Assembly (NCBI GenBank): GCA_044892525.1
Contig: CM097887.1
Span: 41,292,001-41,356,000, forward strand
Origin: Schmidtea polychroa
Lineage: Eukaryota
DNA length: 64,000 nt
Reading direction: 5' to 3'
Shown: positions 49,700-62,754 of the stretch, piece after piece
Position numbering within the stretch: position 1 is the stretch's first letter
Layout: the number at the start of each line of letters is the position of its first letter
The notes under the pieces: model-generated
Seen by the model: only the letters and a program-made list of their open reading frames with translations
Databases searched by the model: none
What the model was told of the DNA's origin: nothing
Made by a program: the position numbers and the translations under genes

Positions 49700-50100
49700 T
49701 AAAATTTAACAAAATTTCTAATTAAATCTTTAAGAATATCAACTTCCTCATAATTATAATGATAAGATACGAATTTTGGAAGCATCGGCCTTGTGGAAAA
49801 TGTTATTTCCTCTAGCTACTTTTTATAAGTTTAATAAATATAATTGCTTCCTTTACGTACTTTTAAAGGTAAAATTTTCAGAAATTCTTTTACAGAAAAG
49901 TCGTCAAAACGATCTTTGCAATAATATATAATCGAGAAGTGTTTGACATGTCATTTTGAATATCATTTTTCAATTGTGATTCAATTTCAGCAGCCATCAT
50001 TTCGATTCTTCGAGTTACTTTTCTCACTGATAGTTGGAAGGCGCTTATTCGTTTTTCTTCAGACAAAAAACTTTAAAGACTGATTTCAGCATTTAATACA
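49700..50100 (-). pseudogene. hAT (GTF2IRD2/SPIN-like) transposase remnant
   Basis: FQLSVRKVTRRIEMMAAEIESQLK and VKEFLKILPLK fragments, frameshifted. Confidence 0.55.
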
Positions 50101-50364
50101 ATTGTCGTGGTATCATATATATTCCTATATAAATATTACAAAAATTTGTAGTTTTAAATTTTTTTATTAAAAAAAAATTAACCAATTAAGTTTGATTTTG
50201 ATCTTTGTACGGTGTTGATTACTCAAATTCTTTTCATAAATTCTTATAACAATTGACTTTCCTAATTTACAAAAACGTGCGTGTTATATATTTTTGTATC
50301 TGTATTATATGTGGTAAAATTGATTTGGTAAACATTTGAGATAACACCTCAATGGAAAAAAGTA

Positions 50365-50565
50365 AAAATGTGGAAACTTAACAAAATTAATTTAACCAAA
50401 GGAGTGGTAGTTTTGGTTACCGATAAAGATTCAAAAAAGGGAACTGGTCACTTGGACAAATTATTGAAACCTATTCTGGGGATGATGGAAGATTCAGGGT
50501 TGTAAAGTTTAAAACAGAGGGAAGTGTAATAACTAGGCCGATTACTAAAATTTATCCTTTGAATC
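50365..50565 (+). pseudogene. BEL/Pao integrase C-terminal fragment
   Basis: KGVVVLVTD...WSLGQIIETYSGDDG..RVVKFKT.....RPITKIYPL-like motif. Confidence 0.7.
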
Positions 50566-50684
50566 CATTAAAAAATCATGTCGGAAAGAATAGAAAATAT
50601 TCATAATCAAAATAACAGGAAAATTAAAAATTGGTTTGTTTAGTTAAAAAAAAAGAATATTACCATGGTTAGAAATATTAATAA

Positions 50685-51947
50685 CTAGCTGGAGTACCCG
50701 GCGTTGCACGATTTAAAAAATAGTTACAGATTCAAAATAAAGAAATTTATTTCAATTCATTCATTTAAAAAAAATAATTTAAAAAATACAAAAATTTAAT
50801 TAAAAAAAGTACATATAATTTATATATCAATTATGATAAAGCTTGTCGATAGACTATATTTTTGGTTTTCCCTTCTGGTGCAAAAATGAAAAGATTTATT
50901 GGTGACCCAACTCTAGAACATGCCACATATAGCTGTTCATGGACAAAGCATACTTCCTCAAGTACAATGCCTGCCACTTTTAAAGACTGTCCCTGTGTCT
51001 TGTTGATAGAAATGGCAAATGCAAGCCTGATTGGAAATTGAAGGCGCTTGAAATCAAAAGGCATATCTGTTGGTATAAGTGGAATTCATGTGGTGAAGAC
51101 ATCATCTCCTTTAGCGCAGCCTGTCAAAATTGTGGTTTCTATTACATGAGGTAAGAGATTCTTGATGCTCAATCGTGTTCCATTGCATAGTTAAGGGGAT
51201 CCAAATTTCTCATAAGTATGATAGGAGCTTCAATTTTAAGTTCCAAAGTTGTGTGAAGACAAGCCAGGAAGCTCCAAAGAATTCAAAAACTCGATTGGAT
51301 AGTAAACAGCTTGGCCCGGATCTGTAACCGTATCAATTGATTTGTAGGTTTTTTAAATGCCTGGTAGAAAATTGTGAATTTGAGAATTGATACTGTTGAC
51401 ACTTGAATTCTTTGGAGCAAGAATGGCCATTTCGTACAACCACTCAGGATTTTTAAACTGATCTTGGATGTTTGGGAAAACTGCAAGTTTCAACTCTTCA
51501 AGTGACTTTGCTACATAAACAAAAATTTGATGGGAAAGAAACAGTTCCTGATTCTGGGTCTACCTGCCACTTTCCTATCGCCAAGTTGAAGCAATTGATG
51601 TGAGAAGTAGCCTGCTGCATTATCTCCATGTAAATGGACTCTCATGTTGGTTGTCAGAGTCATTTTCTTGACCTGTTTCCATAGGGTCAAATGAAAATTT
51701 GAAATAATCCTATTTTATAAACCTAACATGATCTACAATTTTTATTTTTAACATTGTTGCCAATTTCACCTCCTTGGGGTATCTACTGTAGTAAATCAAG
51801 ATGACCCTGAGTAGGGGTGGTCACCTGGGTTTGAAACATAGCCTATGACCTGTCAAATGAGGGTCACATGCAAAATTTCAGCACCCTAGGTCCAACAGTG
51901 GGGAATTCTATGGGTAACAAACAAACTTTCATTTTTTATATATTAGA
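50685..51947 (-). mobile_element. Non-autonomous Helitron with PIF1 helicase C-terminal remnant
   Basis: Minus strand starts A|TCTAATATATA and ends with a GC hairpin plus CTAG|T. ORF 50831-51064 reads QFPIRLAFAISINKTQGQSL...QLYVACSRV. Confidence 0.85.
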
Positions 51948-51948
51948 T

Positions 51949-52293
51949 CAGTGGTTCTCAACCCGTGTTCAAGTGTTCCGCGAAAAAAATGACATTTTAT
52001 CTTTAAATTTGCTTTTAAGCTACATATCATCAAAAACCTCAATTAATTTTTTTATAAAATGATGCAATAAGAAAGCCGTTACACAGGTATATAAACATAC
52101 AAATATAAAAGTGTTTGTTATTGTTGCTCGTGGTATTTTCTTTGTTTATAAGAAGGCATTGCTTACGTTTGCGACAGATTAATAGTAATTTGTGATTGAT
52201 CACTCATTGTGAGCAAGTATTTTTTGTCAGTGTTCCGCGTAAAAAAATCATGTGAATGGTGTCTCGCACTTTTATATTAATTGAGAATCACTG
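51949..52293. mobile_element. hAT MITE with perfect 8-bp TSD
   Basis: CAGTGGTTCTCAA / TTGAGAATCACTG TIRs; TSD TATTAGAT on both sides. Confidence 0.92.
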
Positions 52294-54390
52294 TATTAGA
52301 TAATAAAAAATTGATTTTGGATTTAATTATTAAATTATAATTTCTATGGAAGAAAAGAAGTAATATAAAAAACCACTTCACTGATAAAAATGTATACGAT
52401 TCCACGCCTAGTTGAGGTGATGACAGTAAACTACTTAGCTCCATTTCAAACAGAAGAGTTAAAAATTAGTGCAAAAATTAAATTAAAGGCAAAAATAAAC
52501 CTTAGAATTAGAGAGACAGTGGTTTTAAAAGGGCGAAACGTACAAAGTATATGATAAAATTATCAAAATATCTGTAGTAATTGAGGAATATTTACCGGAA
52601 TTGAGAGGATTTAAAGGAGTTTTCGATGATGATGCAGAAAAGTTAAAGACACACCTATTTTATTAGATAAACCAGTGGCCAAACTGTAGAATTCATCCTT
52701 GTCTGTGATGTCAAAACCAACGGATGTAATTTAGCACATTAAAAACTATGACTTTCAAAGAATTTAGTGAAAGCGGTTTAGAGAAAAGCCAGATAATTTC
52801 AAAATGTACTACAAAACAAATATAACAATTAGATCTACAGCAATAGTCTTAATATCGACATTGCCAACTGATAGCATGCATTTTATGAAAAAGGATATCA
52901 CCAACAAATGTGGTCAAAAGATATATGCAACGAATTATTGATTACTAGAATTCACACGTTATACTAAACTCCACATCATTTTAACAATAAAATTAACTAT
53001 TTGTTTTATTTTAGTCAGAACATCATTTAAAATTGTTAAAAAATGATATTAAATGATTGTAAGCTAAATAACGAAATACTCTGAAATCGAATGGCAATGA
53101 CTATTACGAACCACAATTTAGTCGTACTCATGTTTATATTCAATAATGGTGTATTTGCTAGAATCTTTGCATTTATAACCGTAGTGCTTCTCCAAAGAAG
53201 TAACAGTAAAAATTATGAAGTATGAAAAATTTACAGTTGAATAGCCAGTTGATGAGCGTGGATGGGATAATACGATTTATGGAACTAATAACACGAGTGT
53301 TATCTGAAGATCACCGAATCCAATAATTCTTGAGTCCATTAAATTGCTCGCTCAGTTATATTACCTGATAACATTTTCGGGAACTATTTATACAACATTA
53401 CAATAATGATACATACAAAACATTACATAACTTCCCCATTTAAAACCGAAGGTTGACATGTTTATATATAAAAATTTGTACATAGTATCTATTTCATTTA
53501 TCTTTTTTATTGTCTTTGTGTTTGATTTGTAGTGTAGCGTGTATGATACAATCAACAGGTAGGGAAAAAACATAAATATTGTAGTTTACAACTGTATAAG
53601 TGATTTATTTTAGTTTATTTATTTATGCTGTTTTATTTGAAGCAGTCACTGTAATGCTTCCTGTATGTGTTTGGGATAAAGGTGTTTTTTACCGTACGCT
53701 CGTAATGGTTCGTTGTTGTTGACTGAAATGTTTTTGTTGATGTTTGGTGCATTATTTGTAGTTGGTTCTGTTTTGTGATAGCGTTTTAATCTGCAAATGT
53801 TTATTCGCCTTTCTGTTGAGGTCTCTGTAAATGGGGGTCGTGATCTCAACTATGCATCACTGATAATTCTTAACTATGTATATATAAATAAGAATAAAGA
53901 CTTTATATCTTTATGAAAAATTTATTAAAAACAAAAGTTACTCGCTAAAATAAAATGAGAATTAGTCTTGTACAGTAAAATTTTCAAGCTTGATGCGTGT
54001 ATGCTTTTGTTCTCTGAAAGTGGGTGCGTGTTATATTGTGCGTGCTAAAAACTTGTTTATTTGACTGAAATCATTTTCAAATTTCGTTCTGAATTTGTAT
54101 TGGGTTTGGATTGGGTTTTTACTTCCTCTTACTGCAGATATTCGCTCTAAATTTTTTCGCCCAGTTCTGTAGTCACTTGTCAGAACCTTCCCCTATAATC
54201 TAACATTTGTTGTTTATTATATTGTAATCACGTTTTTATTTAGCTCGAGAAAATTGTATGGGATTTGATTCTTACTGAATCAGAACATATTTAGTGATTA
54301 ATATGGTTTTTCCGTATGTTTTTGGCGTTTGTTTATTTTTTAGTATTCCTTTTAGTTTCAACTTGCTGTTTTTTGTTAGTTGTTCTATTG

Positions 54391-54636
54391 CATGGGTATT
54401 CAACTAAATATTATGAAGGGCCAAATTTTTCTTATAACGGCAATCGAGGGCCGTATCAATTAAAAAGTAGTTAGTTTTGTAGCGGATTACAAAGTCTTAA
54501 GGTCAAATATTATACATAAAAAAGTACCTGTGCGTTTTTATGCAGATATCACCAAATATTTTTATATATGTTTTATATATATTTCAAATTTCGGCGGGCC
54601 TGATCAGGCCCGCGGGCCGCCAGTTGAATATCCCTG
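54391..54636. mobile_element. hAT MITE with perfect 8-bp TSD, inserted in the decayed element
   Basis: CATGGGTATTCAACT / AGTTGAATATCCCTG; TSD TTCTATTG on both sides. Confidence 0.9.
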
Positions 54637-56824
54637 TTCTATTGGTTCGTTGTATTTTTTGTTTGTCTTTAGTGATGGCAGGTTTGTTTCTACCAAAAAC
54701 GTTGCAGGACGGACTTTCGTGATCTTGTTGTTGGATTGTTGGTAGATGCTCTAACTAATATCTGTCTTCCACTTATGTTCGTAAGCTTTCATTATTGTTC
54801 TGTGTAGTCTTTCTATTTCCTCATTTGCAGATTGTAAGCGGTTGTTCTATTTTTTGCATAATATATCGAAAAGGTGTGATTCGTATTGTGTTCCCTGGTC
54901 AGTGAACATTGTTTTAATTTGGCCTTAACGGGATGTCCAATTTAGGTCTATGTTGTCGCATATGTTTGGTAGAGATTTCGTCCATGGAAACGGGTGAATT
55001 TGATCTCAACTCTATCCTGTTCTTTTCGAAACATGTCAATGAGTGAACACTGATGGATGATCAAAATCGACAGTTTGTTTGAAACTACGATGCCATGCTT
55101 CCACCGAATTATTTGTTCGAGGAAGACCATCTGCCTTTCTGTTTGCTACAAGCTGTAGTATTAAATTAGTATCCGTGATCCGTAATATCTCATAAGGGCC
55201 TTTAAAATTTCGCATAAGTTGGTTTGGTTAGCCATTGTAGAGGCCCATGATCGGTGTAAGCTATTATCTTGCGACTCCATAAATACGTTCTGAATTGGCT
55301 TATAGCGTAGACAATCGCTAAAGCCTCTGGCATAATTTTTTTCGTGTGGCTTTAATCCTCTGCTGACATTTGCGATCGCATATTTATCGCCTAAGTCATC
55401 TCTCTGACCTAGTACAGCACTAATTCCCCGAGTCCAGGTATCTGTCATGACCAAAAATAGTTTCTCAAAATCTGGAAATCGTAGAATAGGATGTTGAGTG
55501 TATCAAACGCTTCTTGCTGTTTTGAACCCCAAATAAATTTGAAGTCTTCCCTTCTAACTGGGTAACAGGAAACGCTATTGCTGAAAAGTTTCTAATAAAT
55601 TTTCAGTAGTATCCCATCAAGCTCAAAAAGCCTTTAAAATGCTTCACGGTTTTTTACTCTGGAAATCTTTGACCTTTTCAACATTTGCTGGATCTGGTTT
55701 TACTCTGTCTTTTGAGATAATGTACTCAACATACACAACCTTTGATTCGGTTCATTTACATTTGCTAGGCTTTACCTTTAAATTGGCATTAATTAATTTC
55801 TTAGACACATCTTCGAGATATTCCAAATGTTTCTCCAAAGATGGTGAAAAGACAATGATCTCGTCAATATATACCACTGCGTAATGAACGTTCAATTGCA
55901 TAAAGTTCATTGCTATCTGAAACGTTGCTGGTGCTCCACTTGAGACCGAATAGCATGACATTGTATTCATAATGTCCCACACTGGTTGAAAAAACTGTAA
56001 TTGGAATAGGCTCGTCCTTTAGCTTGATTTGATAAAACCCTTTCTGGTCGTCCATTACTGAGCAATATTTGGCCTTTCTCATTCGGCCGTATATGTAAGC
56101 CAACAATGGCAACGAGTGGCTATCCTTGCAAGTAGCTTCGTTGACCATTCGATAGTCGTTACACAATCTCACTGACCCGCCTTTCTTTGCCACTACCATC
56201 ATAGATGATCGATATGGTGACTTGCTGTGTTTCAACATGAATTTGACCTGTTTATGGACTGATTCCTCCAAACTGATTTCGTATTTCCTCAATAACATGT
56301 TAACTTTGATATTTTCTCTTTTGTTAGAGTTTTACTATTGGCAATAGCATCATAATATTGAATATCTGCCTTCATTGTTAGTATAGATCCCTGGTTATCT
56401 AGCGACTGGGATCCGCTAGGTTGTGATATCCTTCCAACTAAAGTAACTGGGTAACTTTAATGGTTTAATATCTAAGTTGGCTACTCTTATGGGTATTCTT
56501 CCATTTACCACTTTGCCGACGCTATTCGTGATAGATACATCATATTTTCCCGATAAACTCTGATTGGGTTTGAACCCTCTATCTCCCATTGTTTACTTGT
56601 CGCTGCGAAACAGATTGTTACTTCCTGTTGTGATTTGGTTCTGCTTAACTGATGAGGAATTGTTGTCATTGTAAGGACTGGATATGACTGCAGTTGCAGC
56701 TAACAACATTAATTGTTCGTGGGAATTAGTTCGAGATAGTGGTGTTTCATTATGCTGAACTCTAGTAGCTGGCTTATTCACATCTTTCATAATTTCTATA
56801 TTGTTTGCTCTACAATAATTGTAT

Positions 56825-57000
56825 CCATCTGCACCGATAATCAGAGTGACTGATGAAGGATTTTCTTTAATTCTTTTAACAACTTATTGATGGTTTTCGT
56901 CACGAACATAGAAGCCGGCGTGACCGATAATTTGACCGGGTTTATTGGCTTCAGAACGTAAATTAAATCCATAGCCTTCAAAATCATTTCTTTTCAGAAG
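56825..57000 (-). pseudogene. NHERF/PDZK1-like PDZ domain fragment
   Basis: GYGFNLRSEANKPGQII versus NHERF PDZ2 GYGFNLHSDKSKPGQFI; ENHQ*VVKRIK; the middle of the domain is missing. Confidence 0.7.
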
Positions 57001-60000
57001 AGTGCGCAATCGGCATGGCAACAGAATGGCGTATCTATTAAAAATTCCAACCACCCATAAAATTGTCAATTGATGGTTTATATGTTGATTTGAATGAGTT
57101 CGGCTTAATAAATTCCAAACTTCCATTTCATTTGATGAAAATCTCTTTGTTACATCATCTTCTATAATAGCTTCTATAAATCTTTATCCAGTAAGAACAC
57201 CAACTGTACCACCAACTAAATTTGTAGATAAAATAAAGAAGTAATAAGGTAGTAATATAGCTAAAAATGGAACAATAGAAAGCATTAGAGCTGAGGATTT
57301 TTAAATTATTAAATCAAAATTATGACATTCTTAATATTAAAACAACATGTTTTTTCTCAAATCAACATAATGTTTTTAAGAACTAAAAAATAACAAAATG
57401 GTTTTTTAAACTGCTTTCATTACAATCGCAATAAATGTTTTTCTTCATTTTCCCGAAATTATCAAACGCCTGCAAAATCACTACACTTCTCTTGCTGGAA
57501 TAATTGTTGTATGATCGATGAATACCGTGTCATCGTTGTAAATTTTCCTTTTTTTGCCAATTGATCTAACTAATTTTCCTGTCGTACAATCGAACACAAC
57601 TCCTTTCAGCTTCTTTAGGATTTCCATTCCTAGAAGATATTCTGCTGGTAGACTCCGCATTACAATAATGTCGTGGTGCAACCCCTGATCGCATTATTTA
57701 ATTTTACATGGTAACTTTCCGAGAATGTTCATAGTGAATTCTGTAGCTCCAGCTAACAAAACATCTGCTCTCTGTAATGATTCTAATTCCTTTTGATTTA
57801 ATAGTTTTGCTTCAATAATGGTTTCGTCTTCTCCTGAATCGATTACCGCATTTATTGTATGCCGGTTTACTTTTATCTTTATTCTCAAGGTTTACTGCCT
57901 GGTTTACCATCATAATGGTACCGTTCCATATACTGAGTGTCTTTGCTCTGAGTATGTCCGGGTCTGCCTGCTTGATATCGCTTACTTGTGGATCATATTC
58001 TTGGTATAGGGCCTTGATAATTTCCAAAACTTCGTTAGCATAATGTATTACTTCGAACTTAGATAATGTTGATGGCATAGAATCGTCCATTAGACATTAA
58101 TTGCATGATGATTATCTTTATTATCACCTTGATTCCGTAAATATATGAACAACTGGCGACAAAAATACAGAAATTGGTAAATCGTCCCAAAATCTTCATC
58201 ATCACGTTTTTGGCTGCTTCTTTGTAATGCTCAGGCCCAAATAATAGATTATAGTTTGGCTGTATCTCATGTGCCTGAAAGATGGTTCTGATGATTTCTA
58301 TTATACCTCTTTCCCTAACTTGGTGGAATAACAGCGTCCTTATAGCTTCTTCCATCTCACCTGGAGTATACATTCCCCCTATTGAGAGTTCATTTAATGA
58401 TTTGAATTCTACATTGGATTCCAAATTTGTAGCTTGGAGCGCTTCGACCTTTTGGACTGACGGCTTTATTTCCGATAAAGATATCCATTTATTATTTATT
58501 TTGTATAGTGGAGATATTGCCGACTTACATATTGTTGGTTGTGGCTTTTCTTTTTCTTCCAACAACTTTCTTGTTACTGGCATAACGAACGTAACTTACC
58601 TTGGTATGGCACATGTAGTTCTAAAGTACATTGGTTGAACCTTGCCAACTGAACCTCTACCGGTTTTCGCTCATAGCTGTAAATAGCTTCCCCATAATTC
58701 GATCAAACGTCTTCCAATAGCATAGGAGTTACCAATTCTGGGTTTACAATTGATATTGCTAACCTGTTTCTAACAATCTATCGATTAAGCTTGCACTCGT
58801 TTAATATCACTTCCTGATATATTTCCCGGACTTTTCATAGCAAATCATGGTACATATAGTCTATTTTGTTGTTTATGAAATTCCTGATTTTGATATCCTT
58901 TATTTACAATGCCTTGGCCGCTGGTATATATTCTTTAGATAGGAAAAGTCCTTTATAATTTGTTTCATACACTGCTTTTCACCATTTCACTGTCTTTTCT
59001 TTTCTAGTGAATCTGATGGCTTCTGTTTTATCGTCTGATACCAAAACAAGAGGCATATTTTCTTTGCTAATGCCCTTTTCCCCTGCTTTTTAATTCTCCT
59101 CAATGTCTTTGCTTTGTATCAAACATGCTCTGGATTTGGTGCATCTCTATACCTGACCAGAACCAACTCACAATGATAACTTATTGGTTCATATAAGAGC
59201 GTGGTAGTTCCAGTTTTGCATTTTCCGAACTTTGCCAACCAATGTTGATGTGCCATCAACTTTCCTGTGGTGACTTCGAAAGTTCCATCATATTCTCACA
59301 GGTCGATTGAATAATCCTCGATATCTCCCACGAAATATACTAGATCTCTCCCTCTGACTTTCTCTCGTCCTTCGCAAGTTCCGTCGGGTCCAATGGTTCC
59401 CCCACGAGTAATGGTTACTCCTACGGTCTTACCGACTTCCGCTGTCAGTGACACTTCATTATCAATTCGTAAGGTTCCTGATTGAAACGCATCTTGACAA
59501 TCCTCTGGTTGTATTGTTACAGGCTAGGGTATTAAAGTTGCTGATGAGAAAGCCGAATAGCTGTGACTACGGTAATAATACTCAAACGTAGCTCTCTGCA
59601 CTCTGGCATTCCTTTGTTGTTCTAAAAAATTCGCTTTCTTGGTAATAATAATGCATTGTCTTATCTCACAAATGCACTTTCTCTGAATACGCTTCCTTAC
59701 ACTCGATTGCATCTGCATCTACTAACGAATATATTCGATTTAATTTTGGGTCACTACAGTCAAATTCTGTCAATGAACTAGTTTGTTTTAATATGCCAAT
59801 CATTACTAGGAACATCAGGATTATGCTTGTCATATTTCCAGTTCCTAAATTTCCGTTATTCATTGCTTCTTCCACGAACTCATAATGTGATTTTGGGTGG
59901 GCTACCTTGACCAAGAATCTATTGGCCGTCATCCAGACTTCGACATAATAATCTACCAATTCAACCATTTGACCTATCCCTCGATTTATAAATCTTTTAT

Positions 60001-61460
60001 CTCCTGCTCGGGCTAAGACATTTTGGATCATCATAGACAGCGATGTTAACACATTCCCTCTTGTTAAATCTTGCTGCACGAATACCTCTATTGCATCTTG
60101 ATTTTTTCGTGATGGGATATCCTTTTATAGTTTATTCATTGTCTTCCTGATTACTGATTATTTTATTAACTTCAATTCCTTTTATCTTCAGAATCTTATA
60201 TTATGGCTTAATATTTCCGACTTTTTGTTGTAGTATTTGCCACAGCGATCTTTATGGTATCGTTTCTACTATCGCCTGTTCATCTGCCTCTTGCGCTATA
60301 CCTGCTAGGGTTTTCATTTGAACCTTTCGAATTGTTTCTTGATTTATCTGGTTCCTTGGTAGAGGCTCCATTTGGTCTTTTCTAGAACGACCTCGTCCAT
60401 CTTTTTTTGGTTTCGCCGGAGGTTTTACGGGCTCCAGTTTTTTACTGCTTGTGGCATGGCTGCTCCCAAGTTTGTTTCCTCTGGATTCAAATTAACGTAT
60501 TCCGAGAAATAATCTTCATCGTCAGTATCCACATATTGACGTGGATCAATTTCGTCTAATATTATTTCCTCAATCAAATCGACTATTTCCTCTACCTTGT
60601 CTGGTAGACACAATAATGACCGTTGTGACTCAAGTGTTGTTACTGGGATAATCATTAGCATCATTGTTTCGATCGGTAGAAATTCTACGTCCTCTAGATA
60701 TTCGTCGCCGTCCACTTGCCTTCCGTCGATCATTATCAGGAATACGGCTGTTGTTTTCCTCATCAGTGCCTCTATTTGCGTTTAAAATTGGCTCGACTCC
60801 TTTACTATAGGTACATAATTGGAATTATCGCTCCCAACATCTCCATAGGTATTCGTAATACTAGCATCCAGTTTAGAATCCATCTTGTGGAGACTTTTGT
60901 AATTCCAACCCTAGTCGCTGGCTTAATTGTTGAGATTCCTCCAACTGCTCAATTTCCATTTGCGTGATCAAGAATACACTGTCTTGATTCGCTACTGCAA
61001 CTGACTTCTGCGCCCTTTTTCTGCGGTGAATTTTGTCAGCCTACCGAGAAGTATTCTGTTCTGTAGAAATGTTTCGCTTGTCAATAGCTTTGTTCCACAT
61101 AGGTACAAATCATAGCATTAATGTTTTCTACCCTTCAATGTTTCTACTAGTTTATCTGCTCGACATCTCATATTTATGTCGAGATTATAGTCTTTATCCT
61201 ATGCAAGTTTTATATTGAGCTGGGCATCTTGTAGATGTTCCAAAGCTTCTCCTAGTTTCTTTAAATTTTCTGCGTGTCTTTATGATATTTTGGATCATAA
61301 CCGACTTGTGATATCAGTTTTACTACCGTATCAATCTCACTATTTTTAATTTCTGTTTTTGTCAAATTCTCCAATTGTCGAGCCAGCTTCTGCTGATACT
61401 CGTATCTGGAATTCACAATATGCCCATTGATGATTTTTGATCACACTGGGCTCACCAAAA

Positions 61461-62074
61461 TGTTAGGTTCATATGTGGGTTGTGCGACTAGCACACTCAC
61501 TCGATCTGACTCCAAGGGTATATGTTCGATTCATCAAAACAACAACTCAACTTTTATTAAACTTCTATGAAATATAAATACAAAATATGTATAGTAAAAT
61601 GTGATGTGGATATTTATAAATTTTTATTTATCAATAAAGTTTTATCAGGTGATTCCACAATGTATCCTGGCATTGCTGGTCGTTTACAAAAAGAAATATC
61701 AGCTTTGGCTCCACCAACAATAAAAATTAAACATGGTAGCAGAGAGTGGTTCCCTTTGGTTGCTAAGTACCAGTTAAGATTATGATAGACCAGGTGAAGG
61801 AGCTTCCAGAATTGTTCCAGCTTCACCATGTTAAAGGTTTATGAACTTTATTACACTCTTATGTTAATTTCTTTGATCGAGGAAAATCAAAGCCGGGAGG
61901 CGGATCATTGGAGCGCAGATATTTTGGCGGGATTTCTAATGTGAATCTGTTGAATTATTCTATGAAATGTACGTTTTATAGATGGGCAGAGCGGGACAAC
62001 TTTGAAGGAGGGATAAGGTGATCTGATTTTTAGATGGGCAAAGCGGGACAACTTTGAAGACGGGGTTATCAACA
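61461..62074 (-). repeat. Putative 5' LTR of the decayed element (outer boundary uncertain)
   Basis: TGTT...AACA ends; PBS 3 nt beyond the minus-strand 3' end; AATAAA on the minus strand near 61553; 28-bp direct repeat at 61980/62032. Confidence 0.5.
61591..61731 (+). pseudogene. actin: Actin gene fragment (about residues 282-328)
   Basis: [47 protein letters not shown] versus actin [47 protein letters not shown]. Confidence 0.9.
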
Positions 62075-62369
62075 AAAGTTTTCATATAGAATAAAAATAA
62101 TATGGTAATATTTTTTGATTTTTAACATATGTACAATTTTTATAAATATAAAAAATTGTATAATATTTTATTCCTTGACATATTTTTTATTTGAGTGAAT
62201 TTGTTTGTTGTCATTTTTTAAAATATTGTAAAATCTTCACAAGAATTTGTCAAATTATATTTGACACTTAAAATTTTATATTTATGAAAATCATTGTTTT
62301 GCATTCTAAGAATCCTACGGACTACTAAGATTAACATATTGCTTTTCTTATTGTAATATTTATTTGTTT

Positions 62370-62750
62370 AATTAGCTTCCTACCACGCAGTACGAACACA
62401 AAGTGTATCATCTGAGAAACAAATACAATGTAACTGGGTAAGAAAGCAATATGTCTTATATAATCCTTAGACCCTAATATATGCAAGACAAAAATATAGT
62501 AGGCTAGCTACTATATAAGGCGGTGAGTTTGCAGGTGTGCCTTTTTTGAGGTGATTCTGGTAGGTTTTCCTCGAGGCTTCTATTGTTGTAATGTCGCCGA
62601 AGGAACATTTGATGTCTATTATCATTATTGTATCTTTCAATCGAACGACAATATCTGGTTTCACCATTTCTTTGGCCTCTTTAGGTCTAGTTTCACTTTA
62701 AGATTCACTCACTTGCTTCCGAGTAAATCTTCAAGGGCTTTCTGTATTTC
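62370..62750 (-). pseudogene. 3' remnant of an RLE-type (R2/NeSL-like) non-LTR retrotransposon
   Basis: VKPDIVVRLKDTIMIIDIKCSF (PD-(D/E)xK endonuclease) and IVASL. Confidence 0.6.
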
Positions 62751-62754
62751 TTTG

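Larger units (their letters stand above)
53646..62074 (-). mobile_element. Decayed relative of the giant element (LTR-PBS-Ubl-Bcl2-like-glycoprotein-PR-RT-RH-IN)
   Basis: Minus-strand fragments in order: Ubl (60425-60763), Bcl-2-like + signal + LTEFDC (59666-60079), G C-terminal half (58059-58583), DSG protease (57694-57888), RT (55640-56298), RNase H (55161-55454), TDQG integrase, RRINICRLKRY. PBS TGGTGAGCCCAG at 61441-61457. Many stops. Confidence 0.85.

Noticed and set aside
52330-53640. Possible degraded transposon sequence
   Set aside because: No termini or convincing protein motifs.
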